Positions 25,600-36,638 of a DNA stretch of 64,000 nt are shown piece after piece. Each line of letters begins with the position of its first letter. Within the stretch, counting starts at the first letter, position 1. The DNA is from Paragordius varius (taxonomy: Eukaryota > Animalia > Nematomorpha): assembly GCA_964247055.1 (NCBI GenBank), contig OZ176050.1:3720001-3784000 (forward strand). The letters run 5' to 3'. Below the pieces are notes generated by a model. It had not been told where the DNA came from. It was given only the letters and a program-made list of their open reading frames with translations, and did not search any database. The translations under genes and the position numbers were made by a program.

Positions 25600-26510
25600 G
25601 TAAATTTTTATGAAATAATTTTAAGTTTTTAAATATTATAAAATAAAATATTTTAAAAATGTCGCTCTTGATAAATAAGTTTTGAGAAAATAAGCTGCTA
25701 ACATTTTCGGTAAGTTTTGGTTAAATTATAAAACTTATTTAATCAGTTAAATTATTTTTATTATAATATCTTGTTAAAGTTTTTTTTATTCACCAAGTTG
25801 GTGTAAAAAGCGGTATACATTCCAAGACCTTTTAATTGATTATTTTTTAAATACTAAAGACAACCAAATATTCGTAAAAATCCCAATACAAATATTATTT
25901 TGTCATTAAACAGACTTGTTACCTGGATTTGTAAGGATTGTTGGATGATATTCCACTACTTTAAAATCCTATTTTAAATAAATTATGTACTTAATAATTA
26001 TAACTCATGTAAGAATTCAAAATAAAACAGTATAAATTTTTTATACACTCATAAACCCGATGACAAAAAATGCAAAAATAAAATACAATATTTTTGGTTT
26101 TATTTTGATATATAAGTATTTTTTACTGAATAAAATATGAATGTTAAGATTTTATTAGTGAGTCTAGGTAGAAAATAATTAAAAAAAATATTTTAATATA
26201 GTTTCATTAAATTTTTTTGTCTTTTAAATTTGATAAACGAAAAACGCCATCTTTAAAGCTGAAATTTTATAGAAACCCTAACTATATTATTTTAAGCTAT
26301 TTATATATTGAAAATATCTTCTAAAATGATAATAAACCATAATTCAAATTTTATCATTATTTTTTAAATTATCCCTAACCTTAATTTTCACTTTTTGCCC
26401 GATTTCGATTTTCTATCAATATTTAAAAAATAGGTTGTCAAAATAAAAAATTTTGCGGCAAATGAATACGCTGGTCATAAGCTATTTCATGTAAAAAAAT
26501 TTTTTTACAG
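25600..26510. repeat. Degenerate copy of foldback family 2
   Basis: 26290-26500 aligns with 39900-40090 (gcggcaaatgaatacgctgg). 25860-25990 aligns with the centre of the 39-40 kb palindrome (ggattgttgg.tgatattcca). Confidence 0.55.
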
Positions 26511-26511
26511 A

Positions 26512-26514
<3 letters not shown>

Positions 26515-26542
<28 letters not shown>
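26515..26542. repeat. (TA)n microsatellite
   Basis: Pure TA run at the junction of two repeat families. Confidence 0.9.
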
Positions 26543-26545
<3 letters not shown>

Positions 26546-26549
26546 TGTT

Positions 26550-27100
26550 ATAACATCTCAACCGTTTATATCGTTTCCATCATGCTCAAAATAGTATGGC
26601 TTCAAAAAAATTAAATTTTTAGTATGCATTTTTTAAAAAATATATTTAGTTATCAAAATTTAGCATATATTTAAAATTATTGTACAATGTCGGAGTTTTG
26701 CGTTTATTTTAAGAGCACAGTCCATTTTGAAAGAGCTAAAAAATTTGGGACTTTCAGAGCCCACATCTAAAAATTTAAATTTTTTAAAAATATTGTGCTT
26801 TTTATATGTAGTTTATGTTATATTTTAGTAATATTTTTGAAATAAAGCATTTAGCATTCACCAAAAAATATATTTGAAAAAATTGCGCACCTTTTGCAAT
26901 TTTATGCGGAGCCCTCACAAAAGTGTAAATAACTTTGTTTGATAACTCGGAAAGGTTAAAACCAAAAGCACCATGATAATCCTAATATTTTTCTATCAGA
27001 ATATGTATATATTTCATTAGGATTTTTTTTGTGGAAATGTGTAATACACCACACCGATGGTGTAAAAATAGGTAAAGTATGTTTTGTTTTGAACTGCGGT
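26550..27100. repeat. Single arm of foldback family 1
   Basis: Begins cgtttccatcatgctcaaaatagtat and stays collinear with 12510-12930. Confidence 0.65.
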
Positions 27101-28024
27101 GAAAGAAAAACCATGTTGAAGAAAAGTTAAGTGATACAAAAAAATGTTTGGAGAATTAATATATTTTCAACATTTTTTATCCACAACTTATATTGCAGAA
27201 GATTCCTAAAGATCATAGCGAGGCATGAGAGGGCACTGCTAGATTATATGTTTAACGCAAAAATTTTATAGCCACATTTTGCTTAATATTTTTTCAACAT
27301 AATGAATGTATTTAGAGACTAATCCCGATGAATAGCTTAGAACGGGCTTAACTAAAATTGTGCAATTCATAAACGTGAAATTTATCCTTATTATTATAAT
27401 TACAAAATATTTTTAGCAATGATCGCTTTTTAGATATACTTTTTGTTAGGTCACAATAAGAAAATAAGACGCTATAGTCAAATAAAAATATGTAAGATTA
27501 GTAATAGCAATCCAGATAAGGTTCATTTGGTAAAACAGGAAAATATTATTACGATCGATTTATGCTGCCTGTTAATGACTCTTTAATGTACAAAAAACTG
27601 AGAGATCCTTATGAATATATTTTTATATAAATTAATTTAATGGCCACAAAATTACTCACGATCATATTCATTATTAAAGAATATTTTTTATTTTATGTAA
27701 ATTTTGAGAATAATAAATTTGTTTTCTGATTTATGCACTTTTGCTTTTTGATTTGAAAAAAATTAAATAAAAAACGTTTGAAATTAAAACATGCTTCGGA
27801 AAAAATGTTTTTAGTTTTTTTAAAATCTCTGGGGAAAATGTTTCGATTAAATTTGAAATATATATTCGCCTGTGGATATTTTTAACTGAGATAAACAATA
27901 AAAAACCATATTAGAATGCGACATATTTATTCAAATTATGATATGAAATGTGTGTATTTTACATAATAAATTTCTTTTGAATTTGGGAAGGCAGTTTTTT
28001 GGAACGTCTTTAGATAAACTGTAA

Positions 28025-28985
28025 TCAACCATGGCGTCTACCTCTTCCAGAATGTCCTTTTCTATGTCCACCAAAGTGACCGTTAGACCCTTGGTGACTA
28101 TTTCTTCCCGAACGGCCCTGGGAACGTTTTCCTCGGTTATGAGATCTTCCGATATTTTTTCCACCTCGCCGATTCCCTAAAAATAAATGATTGATTAAAG
28201 ATTTAGATCAGTGGTACTTAAACCGTGGTTCTATGAGAGCCTTATTATGGTTCTGAAATATGTTAGATGTAATAAAATAATAAAATATTTTTAAAAATCG
28301 GCAATTACAGTCTCTGTGACTAGTTTCAAATCCTAAAAAGGGGATTAATTTTCAAACTGATTATATGAGTGCGACATTGGATGCGTTAATATCGTTACAT
28401 AATATTTTATCTTATATTATTTAACGACTCTTACCATAAAATATAAAAAATGAGCCAGTATTTAAGCAAGAAAAAGGTCATTTTAATATTAAGCGCTCAC
28501 CACTAGAACGTGATCCTCTTCGGGAGCCTGCTCTACGTCCGCGCCCACCTCGACCCCCACTCTTGCGAAGACGTCGGAAAGAGTTTCCTCTCCGACTGTT
28601 TCGGGCACGACGGCCCCCTCTACCAACAGATCTGCCCCGGGCTCCATCTCTACCTCTATTGCGATTATTCAAATCTCGCTTGATTCGCGGTTCTGAAATG
28701 TTTTTGACTTGATCCTCATCAATGTTATCAATAGTATCGTCATCGCCATCAATATCAACATCCGCAGATCTCTTGACCAAAAAGGAATCATCTTCAAAGC
28801 CTTGTTCCAATCCTAAATCATCGTAATCAACTTCGAGATAATCGATTTCCAATTCGGCGCAGCTTACACACATGAAAAGGCACAACCCCTAGCGTATACC
28901 ATAATATCAGTTTTATAATTTACTTTTTTAAGTAAAAACAAAAAAATAAGAGTATTACCGCAATCAGAATGTAGCAAGATTTCAT
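28025..28985 (-). CDS. Secreted prepro-peptide B, Gly/Arg-rich (188 aa)
   Basis: Exons 28985-28959, 28888-28501, 28176-28025. Signal MKSCYILIAGLCLFMCVSCA; 60-aa pro-region with 22 D/E; RIKR|DLNNRNRGRDG...; 108-aa mature part with 32 Arg and 4 Lys; ends RRHG*. Confidence 0.85.
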
Positions 28986-29050
28986 GGCTTGTAGTTATGA
29001 TGAAAGATTGAATTAAAAAAAATAAGTGAATATTGGTAAAATTCACGGCC

Positions 29051-29058
29051 TTTTTATA
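29051..29058 (-). promoter_or_regulatory. Candidate TATA box of prepro-peptide B
   Basis: Minus strand ggTATAAAAAgg ~65 bp upstream of the ATG at 28985. AT-rich background lowers certainty. Confidence 0.45.
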
Positions 29059-29472
29059 CCTTTTTTGGTGACATTCTCGTTTTTTTTGAAGTTTAAAATA
29101 ATATCAAAACAAATTTTAAACACGGATCTTAATTATGCATCTCAATAATTAATTATCCTTGTTGTTACAATAGATATAATTATTTCCACACCTATCATAT
29201 AGCTTTTAAATTCATGACACGACCTTCTGGTCAATACATTTTTCATCTTCTTATTTGATAGTTCTTTTTTTATAATATTCATATAATTGATTTGTGTTCA
29301 TAATTATTTTAATTATATTATTTTTAATGTGTGTTTTGCATAAATTAACCAAACTGATCAACAACAAAATGACCATTTGAAAATATATTTATTATAAACA
29401 AGGTAAGGTCATACATACATACATCCATACATAAAACCAAAAATAATGATAAATCATCAATTATGTTGTCTT

Positions 29473-32400
29473 TTATTTATTTCTCCTGGCCTCCAAAAAC
29501 TTTTCGATTTGTGCCACATCCTGTTCTCCCATAAACTCAGTGTAATCAAAATTTTCTTTGAAATACAATCCCCCCTTCTGTTCCGTAGAATAAGAAGCTT
29601 GCTGAGAAGCATAAGAGCTTGCTTCCTTAGTAGCACCACCTGAAGGATAAGCCGCTGAAGTTGATTTATCTGAAATGGATTTATTGGCATCTCTTGATGA
29701 AGACATTCTCCCGGTACTTGAATAACTGGTTGGATCTTTTGCTGACGATGAATACAGACTAGTATCAATCTCATAACATTCATCTTCCGTTGTGGTTAAA
29801 CTACCCTTTGACGCATTGGATGCTTTATGTTTTTGCTTGTTCTCTGATTCGAGTTGGGCCAGTTTCTTACGTCTTTTTACTATAATGATTACTATTATAA
29901 TGGTGACTAAAATGATAACAAGAACACAAGCTATGATGACATACATAATTTTTGATATGCCATTTCTATGTTCCTCTCTTTGCTGTTGGGATAAACTATT
30001 TGAGTTATTTTTAAACAGAGTAAATTCTATGGTTAGCGTTGTTTTCGCAGTTGATGATTTCTTAGCAACATTTTTACTATCATCCAAAATACAATTTCGT
30101 TCCAAAAATTTTAGGTGATACCGAGCGTTTTTATACGTGCAATAGATATTAACAAACATATTTTTCACTTGTTGTTTGGTAAATCCAGCTCGAAGCAAAA
30201 ATTCAGTGTAATTAGGATACTTCCATGTGTCAGTAACAGCATTGTAATAGTGTACGTAATATGTTTTAAAATGACACATACATTGCAACGGGTTTCCCGA
30301 GAAAGTTAAAAAATCGTAACCCCTAGTGAATGTCGCTTCAGGAACATTTTCTAGCCGATTAAGGTGAAGGTATAAGTGAGTTACACTTTTAGGGATATAT
30401 AAATCCTCCAAACTTTTAATTAAATTATTTTGCAATGATAATATTTGCAATTTGTCCAAGCCTTTAAACGCATCTGAGTGGATGTAATTTATGATATTAC
30501 CCTCTAAAAGAAGTTGTGTCAAGTTGGTGAAAGCTGTCAAATCATTTTCATAAATTTTGGCAATCATATTAAAGGTTACATTTAGGATATCTAGGACAGG
30601 AGATTGCGTTCGTAATGCACCCATGAGTGTTGTAATTTGATTAAAACTCACATCAATACGGGATAACTCAAAGTAATTTGGAATATCAAAAATTTCAAAA
30701 GTTTTTAGATTACAATTCACGAGTGATATATAGTACGGATGAAATGTTTGAAGGTTGAACGGACCATCCACACTCGACGTATCAGCTATAACTGTACCCT
30801 TCACATTGGATAAATCAATGTTTAGGAAAGTTACAGCCCCAAGTGTTTGAAAATTGATTTGTAGCAACGAGGACAAATAGGTGGTTATAGAGACATAATC
30901 CAAATTATTACAGTATAGCATTTGCGGTAATTTGCGGGCTGCATTCATTCTCTTTAAATTTTCCGGTCCAATCACCAATTTATCCTCATCCGCTAATGGG
31001 AAGTAGTGACAGTATTGGACCATTTCATCATACTGCATATTTTCTTGATGATTACATTTACAAGGATTCTCAGGCTGCCAAGCAATTAATTTTATGCTCC
31101 GTTTATTTTCTAAATCAATACATTCCATAGATTCACCATTAGCTGCTCTTAGTAGTGGCATACTACCACATCCACACTCTTTACTTTCCATAGTTTTTAT
31201 GACAAAATTTTTATTATCCTCGGGTATCATTTCACATGGAAAATTAAAACTTGTGGATCTTATAAATTTGAAACTTATGTCAAGGAATCTCATGTTGGAA
31301 AACATGGGCATATTCCCAAAATATTCTAATGGGTTATCCCCAACATACAATTGGATTAGATGGGAAGCCAGGCGTGGAGGAAATACTAGATACGATATAG
31401 ATTTTAGAAAATTCCGTTGCATATATAATATTTCCAAAGCCTCTAATTGATTGAAAATACCCACACCCAACTCCCCAATTTTATTATCGCTGAGATCCAA
31501 TATTTTAAGCCTGGGTAAACCATTGAAAGCCGTAAATGAAATGCTATCGATAACGTTGCTGCTTAAATTTAATTCCTCCAAATGACTCAGGTAGACGAAT
31601 GCATCATTTTTTACACGCGCAATAAGGTTACGTGAAAAATTTATACTTATTAGCGTTTGGCTCATGCTAACTAAGTTATTAGATACCATGCACATTTCAG
31701 GAGAGTACATTATCGTTAGAGTTTGTAACCGTGGTAATTGAGCGATTTCGCCATCTGCGAATATTCCACCGGGATTTATCAGCTTTAAATGAGTTAAAGC
31801 TGTGTCCTTGATATATTCAAGAGTGCATTCGAATGTTTTTACGCTATATTTTGGTTGTGTGTTATTCACACAAGGTGGGGGTGATTTGACCATCGAAGCA
31901 AAAGTACTAGGGACATTGTTGATTATGGTGACATTGTTTAAAGTTACACAAAATTTGGAAAATTGATTTGGCACACTAAAGTTTATTCCGTGAACATCGA
32001 AGAACGCTAAGGATTGAACTGCGACTGTAGTGCCATCGATGGAACCAAAAGATTTGTTAACATTCCATTTACCTGGACCGCATTCGACATCAAACTTGTT
32101 TCCTGATGTTATAAATATAAAGATATCGCTTTATGTTTTTGGCTGGATGTTGAAAAAATGATATTTGCTAAAATATTGGGTGCAATTTATAAAATGAATA
32201 TATAAAAACTTCCTTAAATAATTATATCGATTTGTTCTAAATCAGGGGTAGTTTAACATGGGGCTCTCCGGAATGTGTTGCTTAATAAAATATAATCTAC
32301 ATAAATATTCTATTTATAAAATCTCTTCTATTTAAAATAATTCGAGCGTAAACCTAGGGCTGTTATGCAGCCCGAGTCCTTCGGACTTCTTGAGGGTCGG

Positions 32401-34947
32401 GGGGGCGCTATTTGAAAAAAGCGACAACAAAATTGTGATCCATATATGTGAATTATTTCGAAACATTTAATAGTTAGATTCTCATTTCAAAACGGCGCTT
32501 CATAGAATTTTCAAAACCGTGCATTCATATTAATATATTTTTTACTGGTGTAAAGGCCCCAAATTGACTGCTAAAGGAAAAAACCGCTATACAATAATTT
32601 TTACCTTTTTATGGGTATTATTTAAAGCCTTTATTGAACTCGTATGCTCAATTTTTTGAAAATTAGCTCCAAACCGCGACTGTATGGCGTTTCAGTTTCA
32701 AAGCGGTAGACACTACCCATAGACCTATGTGGAAAAAACGCTGAAAAAAATTCTTTGCCTTTATAGGGCAAATATTTGGAATAATTTTTGGTACCATCGT
32801 GCCATGGGTTACTCGAAAAAATACTCCAGCACTAAATATCGTTATATGATGGAGTGTTTTTAGGGCATAAAGGGCCTAAGTAACGGCTAATTTTAAAAAA
32901 CTACACAACCTAAATTTTTGCCTTGTTACGGATAATATTTTACTATTGAACTCATATGCCTGATAGTTTTTCTGAAGTTTAGCCCCAAAGGCACGGTATT
33001 TCTATATGAGGTGGAAGTTTTTAGCGGGTATCTCCTTACCCAGCAGCCAATATAAAAGAAACTCACGACTAAAATTTTTGCCTTTTAACAGGGAGTACCT
33101 GGAATCCTCATTGAATTTTTTATTGTTTGATACCTTGGGTGAAAAATAGATCCAAAAATCTATTTTTGTGGACTTAGTTTTTTTAAATTACATTTTACGG
33201 AAGGGCGGGTAAAAAGAGGGCCTAAATTAATACGAGTTAACTATGTTCGGCGCAATCAAAAAAAATTTAAAAAAACATATTTTAAAATCAAATGTTCCAT
33301 CACGTTTCCGGAAAACTGTCGTAAAACGATTTTTGTGGACTATTTCCAAAAAAACCCGTTTCTTACACGGGGTGGGCCCGAACTGGGGGCCTAATTTAAA
33401 AAAAGGGGAAGCTATTGTCGGGGCATTGATTCTATTTTTTTGACATTTACATTTGAATGGGTCTACCGGTTTTTCAGAAGCAGATAAAGCCAGCATTTTC
33501 CACTAAATATATAGATTCGATTTAATATACTCAGATTCCTTCAAAAAGATTTTTAAATATTCTTTTCTCAATTCACTCCGATTTCTATCGCTTGAATTTC
33601 CAAAACTTCATTGGTTTATCGATAGAGAATTATAATTAATTTTTTAGGCCCTAAAATGGCCATATGCTAATTTTACCCTTTAAAATTTGAAGTATTAACG
33701 GTAGTTTAAGATATCAATAGTAGTTTATCATTAAAAAAATATTCGGTAACGGATTTTGGCAGTCGATACGGCCCAAATTTGTGTTAGTCACCTCTGTTCT
33801 AAATATAGATTTTCAACGATAGAATCCATTTTAAGGAAAATGATATTTGTATTGAAATATAAAGATTAAATTCTAAATCAACTAAAAACTCTAATATTAA
33901 GTTTATAAAAAATTATTCTAATAATTGGCACATAAAAGTTGTATAAATATTACTTATGTAGTTTTACCGTAAACCAGTTAAAATGGCTAAGAAAATTTGA
34001 TTAAATCATACAATAGCGACCGAAAAGAAAGATTATTTTATAGCGATACTGTGGAACTTCGTTGGCTTGTTATTATTAACACACCCAAATTAAAATTTTC
34101 TCCAATTATTTCCAAATAAATGAGTTTAAAAAGCTGTAAAACTATTATTAATTTAATTTGGGTTAGGTGCAGGGGCTATTTTAACAACGAGTCTAAGTTA
34201 TATCAAAATTATTATAGCTATTAAAAGCATAACGGTTAATATATTTAAATATTAATTTTATTTTTACATTACAATTACATAACATCGTTTGAATAGACTA
34301 ATCCGCAAACGGTAAAAATAATTAAGATTTTAAATTTACACACAATGAATCCTTTAAAAATCCTGTGTACCCTCTTTATACTTTTAAGATAAAATCACGG
34401 CTAAATACATCATCAGTATCATGATCCTAAAAATTATGAAATGTAATATTATTTTTATTGTCTTTTTAATGGATGTTGAGGTTTAAGTCACTTTTAACGG
34501 TTTTTTAAATAAAACTTGGGTCTTTGAAAAGTGGGAAGTGCATAATAAGTTATTTTAGTGGCGCTTTTTATTTCCAAAGGAAGGGTTTTACGAAGGTTGA
34601 TTAAATAAACACTAATCTTGCCTTTTCATACCTTGTTTTCCACTATGATCTCCATTTATTTCGACAGTTTTGCATTTTGCAACGGTGTTGGAGTTAGCCT
34701 GTGCCTGTGCCTGTCCCTGTATACTATTTGTCTTACCAATGTTTGCTGCTAAAGCTCTATTAGTTCTTTTTGTCGTTTCTAATTCGTTGGTTTCAAGCAT
34801 TTCATTTAGCTTCTTTAATTCTTCCAGATAATTTGGTATCTGAAAAATGTCTCCTCCATCTGTCACATTACCTTGGGTTGATTGGGTCAAAATTTTACCA
34901 AATAATATTGTTGTTAGGGCAATGATTACACATGTAAATTGATGCAT
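29473..34947 (-). CDS. Type I LRR transmembrane protein (Toll-like ectodomain, no TIR), 981 aa
   Basis: Exon 1 34947-34632 (signal peptide, donor caag|gtatga, phase 1) joins exon 2 32102-29473 (acceptor catcag|, phase 1) in frame. Two LRR blocks (LEELNLSSNVI, LKILDLSDNKI, LQILSLQNNLI) separated by a Cys cluster; LRRCT NPLQCMC; TM IMYVIIACVLVIILVTIIIVIIIV; KRRKK; ~134-aa Ser-rich tail. Confidence 0.88.
32340..33520 (-). mobile_element. Repeat family A, long copy in the LRR gene intron
   Basis: Inverted relative to 400-970, with ~600 extra internal bp (32550-33160) containing repeated aatttttgcctt-like units. Confidence 0.7.
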
Positions 34948-35125
34948 ACATTAGTATTAGAACGCGTATATCGGCACACAAGTTAAATTAAAATAATTTT
35001 AACGAAACTCATTATTAAACCATTATAAAAAATTAAATTACGGCATTTATAAAATCATAATATTAATAAACAGTTTAAATAATCAAAAGAATAGCATTAA
35101 AATATTTTTCAAATCTACATGATTG

Positions 35126-35416
35126 TTAAATTTTCATACTGCTATAAATAGGTATATATTTATTTATAAATAAAGATTGTACTATAGTACATTGCCATTT
35201 ATTATTAGATGAACATCGAAACGAACATTTTCTGTACCTTTCGGATTTCCCTGCCTGTGATATTATAAAATTTGTTGAGCGATGTTTTAGACAATGAATA
35301 TCAGACAAAATTTGATTACCATTCTGTTTTATGCCGCCTGTCTGGGTAATTATAAAATATTTTTCCTCTAACTCATAGGTAGTTTCATTATCACCTAAAT
35401 ATATTTGGAGTGACAT
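35126..35416 (-). CDS. Orphan Cys-containing ORF or exon of unknown function
   Basis: 96-codon frame with protein-like composition (HCLKHR...RKCSFRCSSNNKWQC) and a good acceptor atatttag| near 35384. No upstream exon or family recognised. Confidence 0.3.
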   Translation of the reverse strand: MSLQIYLGDNETTYELEEKYFIITQTGGIKQNGNQILSDIHCLKHRSTNFIISQAGKSERYRKCSFRCSSNNKWQCTIVQSLFINKYIPIYSSMKI

Positions 35417-35789
35417 TAAAAAGGGATTTTATGTCACTTCAAAATTTTACTAAATTATAAAAGTAGTTTGGATGTGTTGTCTTTTTTTGATTGCATCATT
35501 TTTTATTCAGATAATCGCTTCGATAATTAAACATTTAATTAGAATGAAGAGTATTTTTTTAATATTTTAATGTTGTATTTTTATTATTTTATAACTTAAT
35601 ACTTTTCAACCATGTTGGTGTAAGAAAATGGAAATGATATAATTAAATTTATTTTTATAAAAATAATTTAATAATAATTTTAATTATTTTGACAAATTTG
35701 TATTGTCCATTTTTCGAATTCCTTACTAATAAAATATCCGATGCTGATTGACTTTTGTGATACCATATTATTGTTTTTAAATGGTAAAA

Positions 35790-36500
35790 ATATTGTAATA
35801 AGAATAGCAGGAGAGAGTAATTTAAGGTTTGAAAACGATACTATTCTTATGGCTGAAAATGCAATCAATGGATTTAATTGAAGAGATTCGAAAGGATAAT
35901 TAGAGTTATGGTCTTATGCTTTACCCTAATTAATTAATATTAAGCACTGGATAAAAGCCTTGAATTGTTATATATGTGGTGAAAACAGAAATAGTCAATA
36001 AATTACCGTTTTTGGGTGCTAACGAGAATGGCTTTTCAACTCCTGACACCAAGAGGATGGGTTAAAGCGATGACCAAATAAATAAAACTCTGGAAAAACT
36101 GTAAGAGTTAAAAACCAAAAAAATCACTAAATTGTTTTGTTCTCCCGGGCACCACGTATGGTTGTGAGTTTTAATTACAGAAACAAATAAATGGCTATTG
36201 AAAGTGCTTATGGCGTAGGTTGCTATGATACATTTGGAAAGATAAAATTAATAATTCAAGTCTAACTACACAAATAAATTTTAAAACAATCTTGGAGATA
36301 ATCTATGAAAGAATGTTTAATTATTTTGGCCATGTCATGCCATCTAATTATTTAGAGAAAGAAATAATGTTTGGGAAGGTAGAAGGGCAAAGGAAAAGTT
36401 CACCGATGAAGTGGTTACACATATTAAAAGAGGAGGTTAAGATGACATTGAACGAGTTGAATACTGCGGTAAAGGATGTGGAAATCAATAGTGCAAGCTT
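35790..36500 (+). mobile_element. Degenerate RTE (BovB-like) LINE fragment
   Basis: NLRFENDTILMAE resembles NLRYADDTVLMAE of RT. YFGHVM...LEKEIMFGKVEGQR is the RTE C-terminal signature. Confidence 0.7.
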
Positions 36501-36638
36501 TACCCAAAAAATCGTTTTTAAGAATAAAACAGCCATAACATTATAATAAGATTTGTAATAAACTGATATATTATTTCATTATAAATTTAACATTTAAATT
36601 ATATTTTTTGAAGAAATTGATATATAAAATTGATATAG

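Noticed and set aside
27931-28164. 77-aa Glu/Val-rich ORF
   Set aside because: Out-of-frame reading of peptide gene B exon 3.
29446-31450. Several ORFs overlapping the LRR exon
   Set aside because: Shadow frames of a long coding exon.
34612-34947. Stand-alone neuropeptide-like precursor (signal peptide, KR sites)
   Set aside because: A strong phase-1 donor (caag|gtatga) matches the phase-1 acceptor of the Met-less LRR exon, so it is better explained as LRR exon 1.
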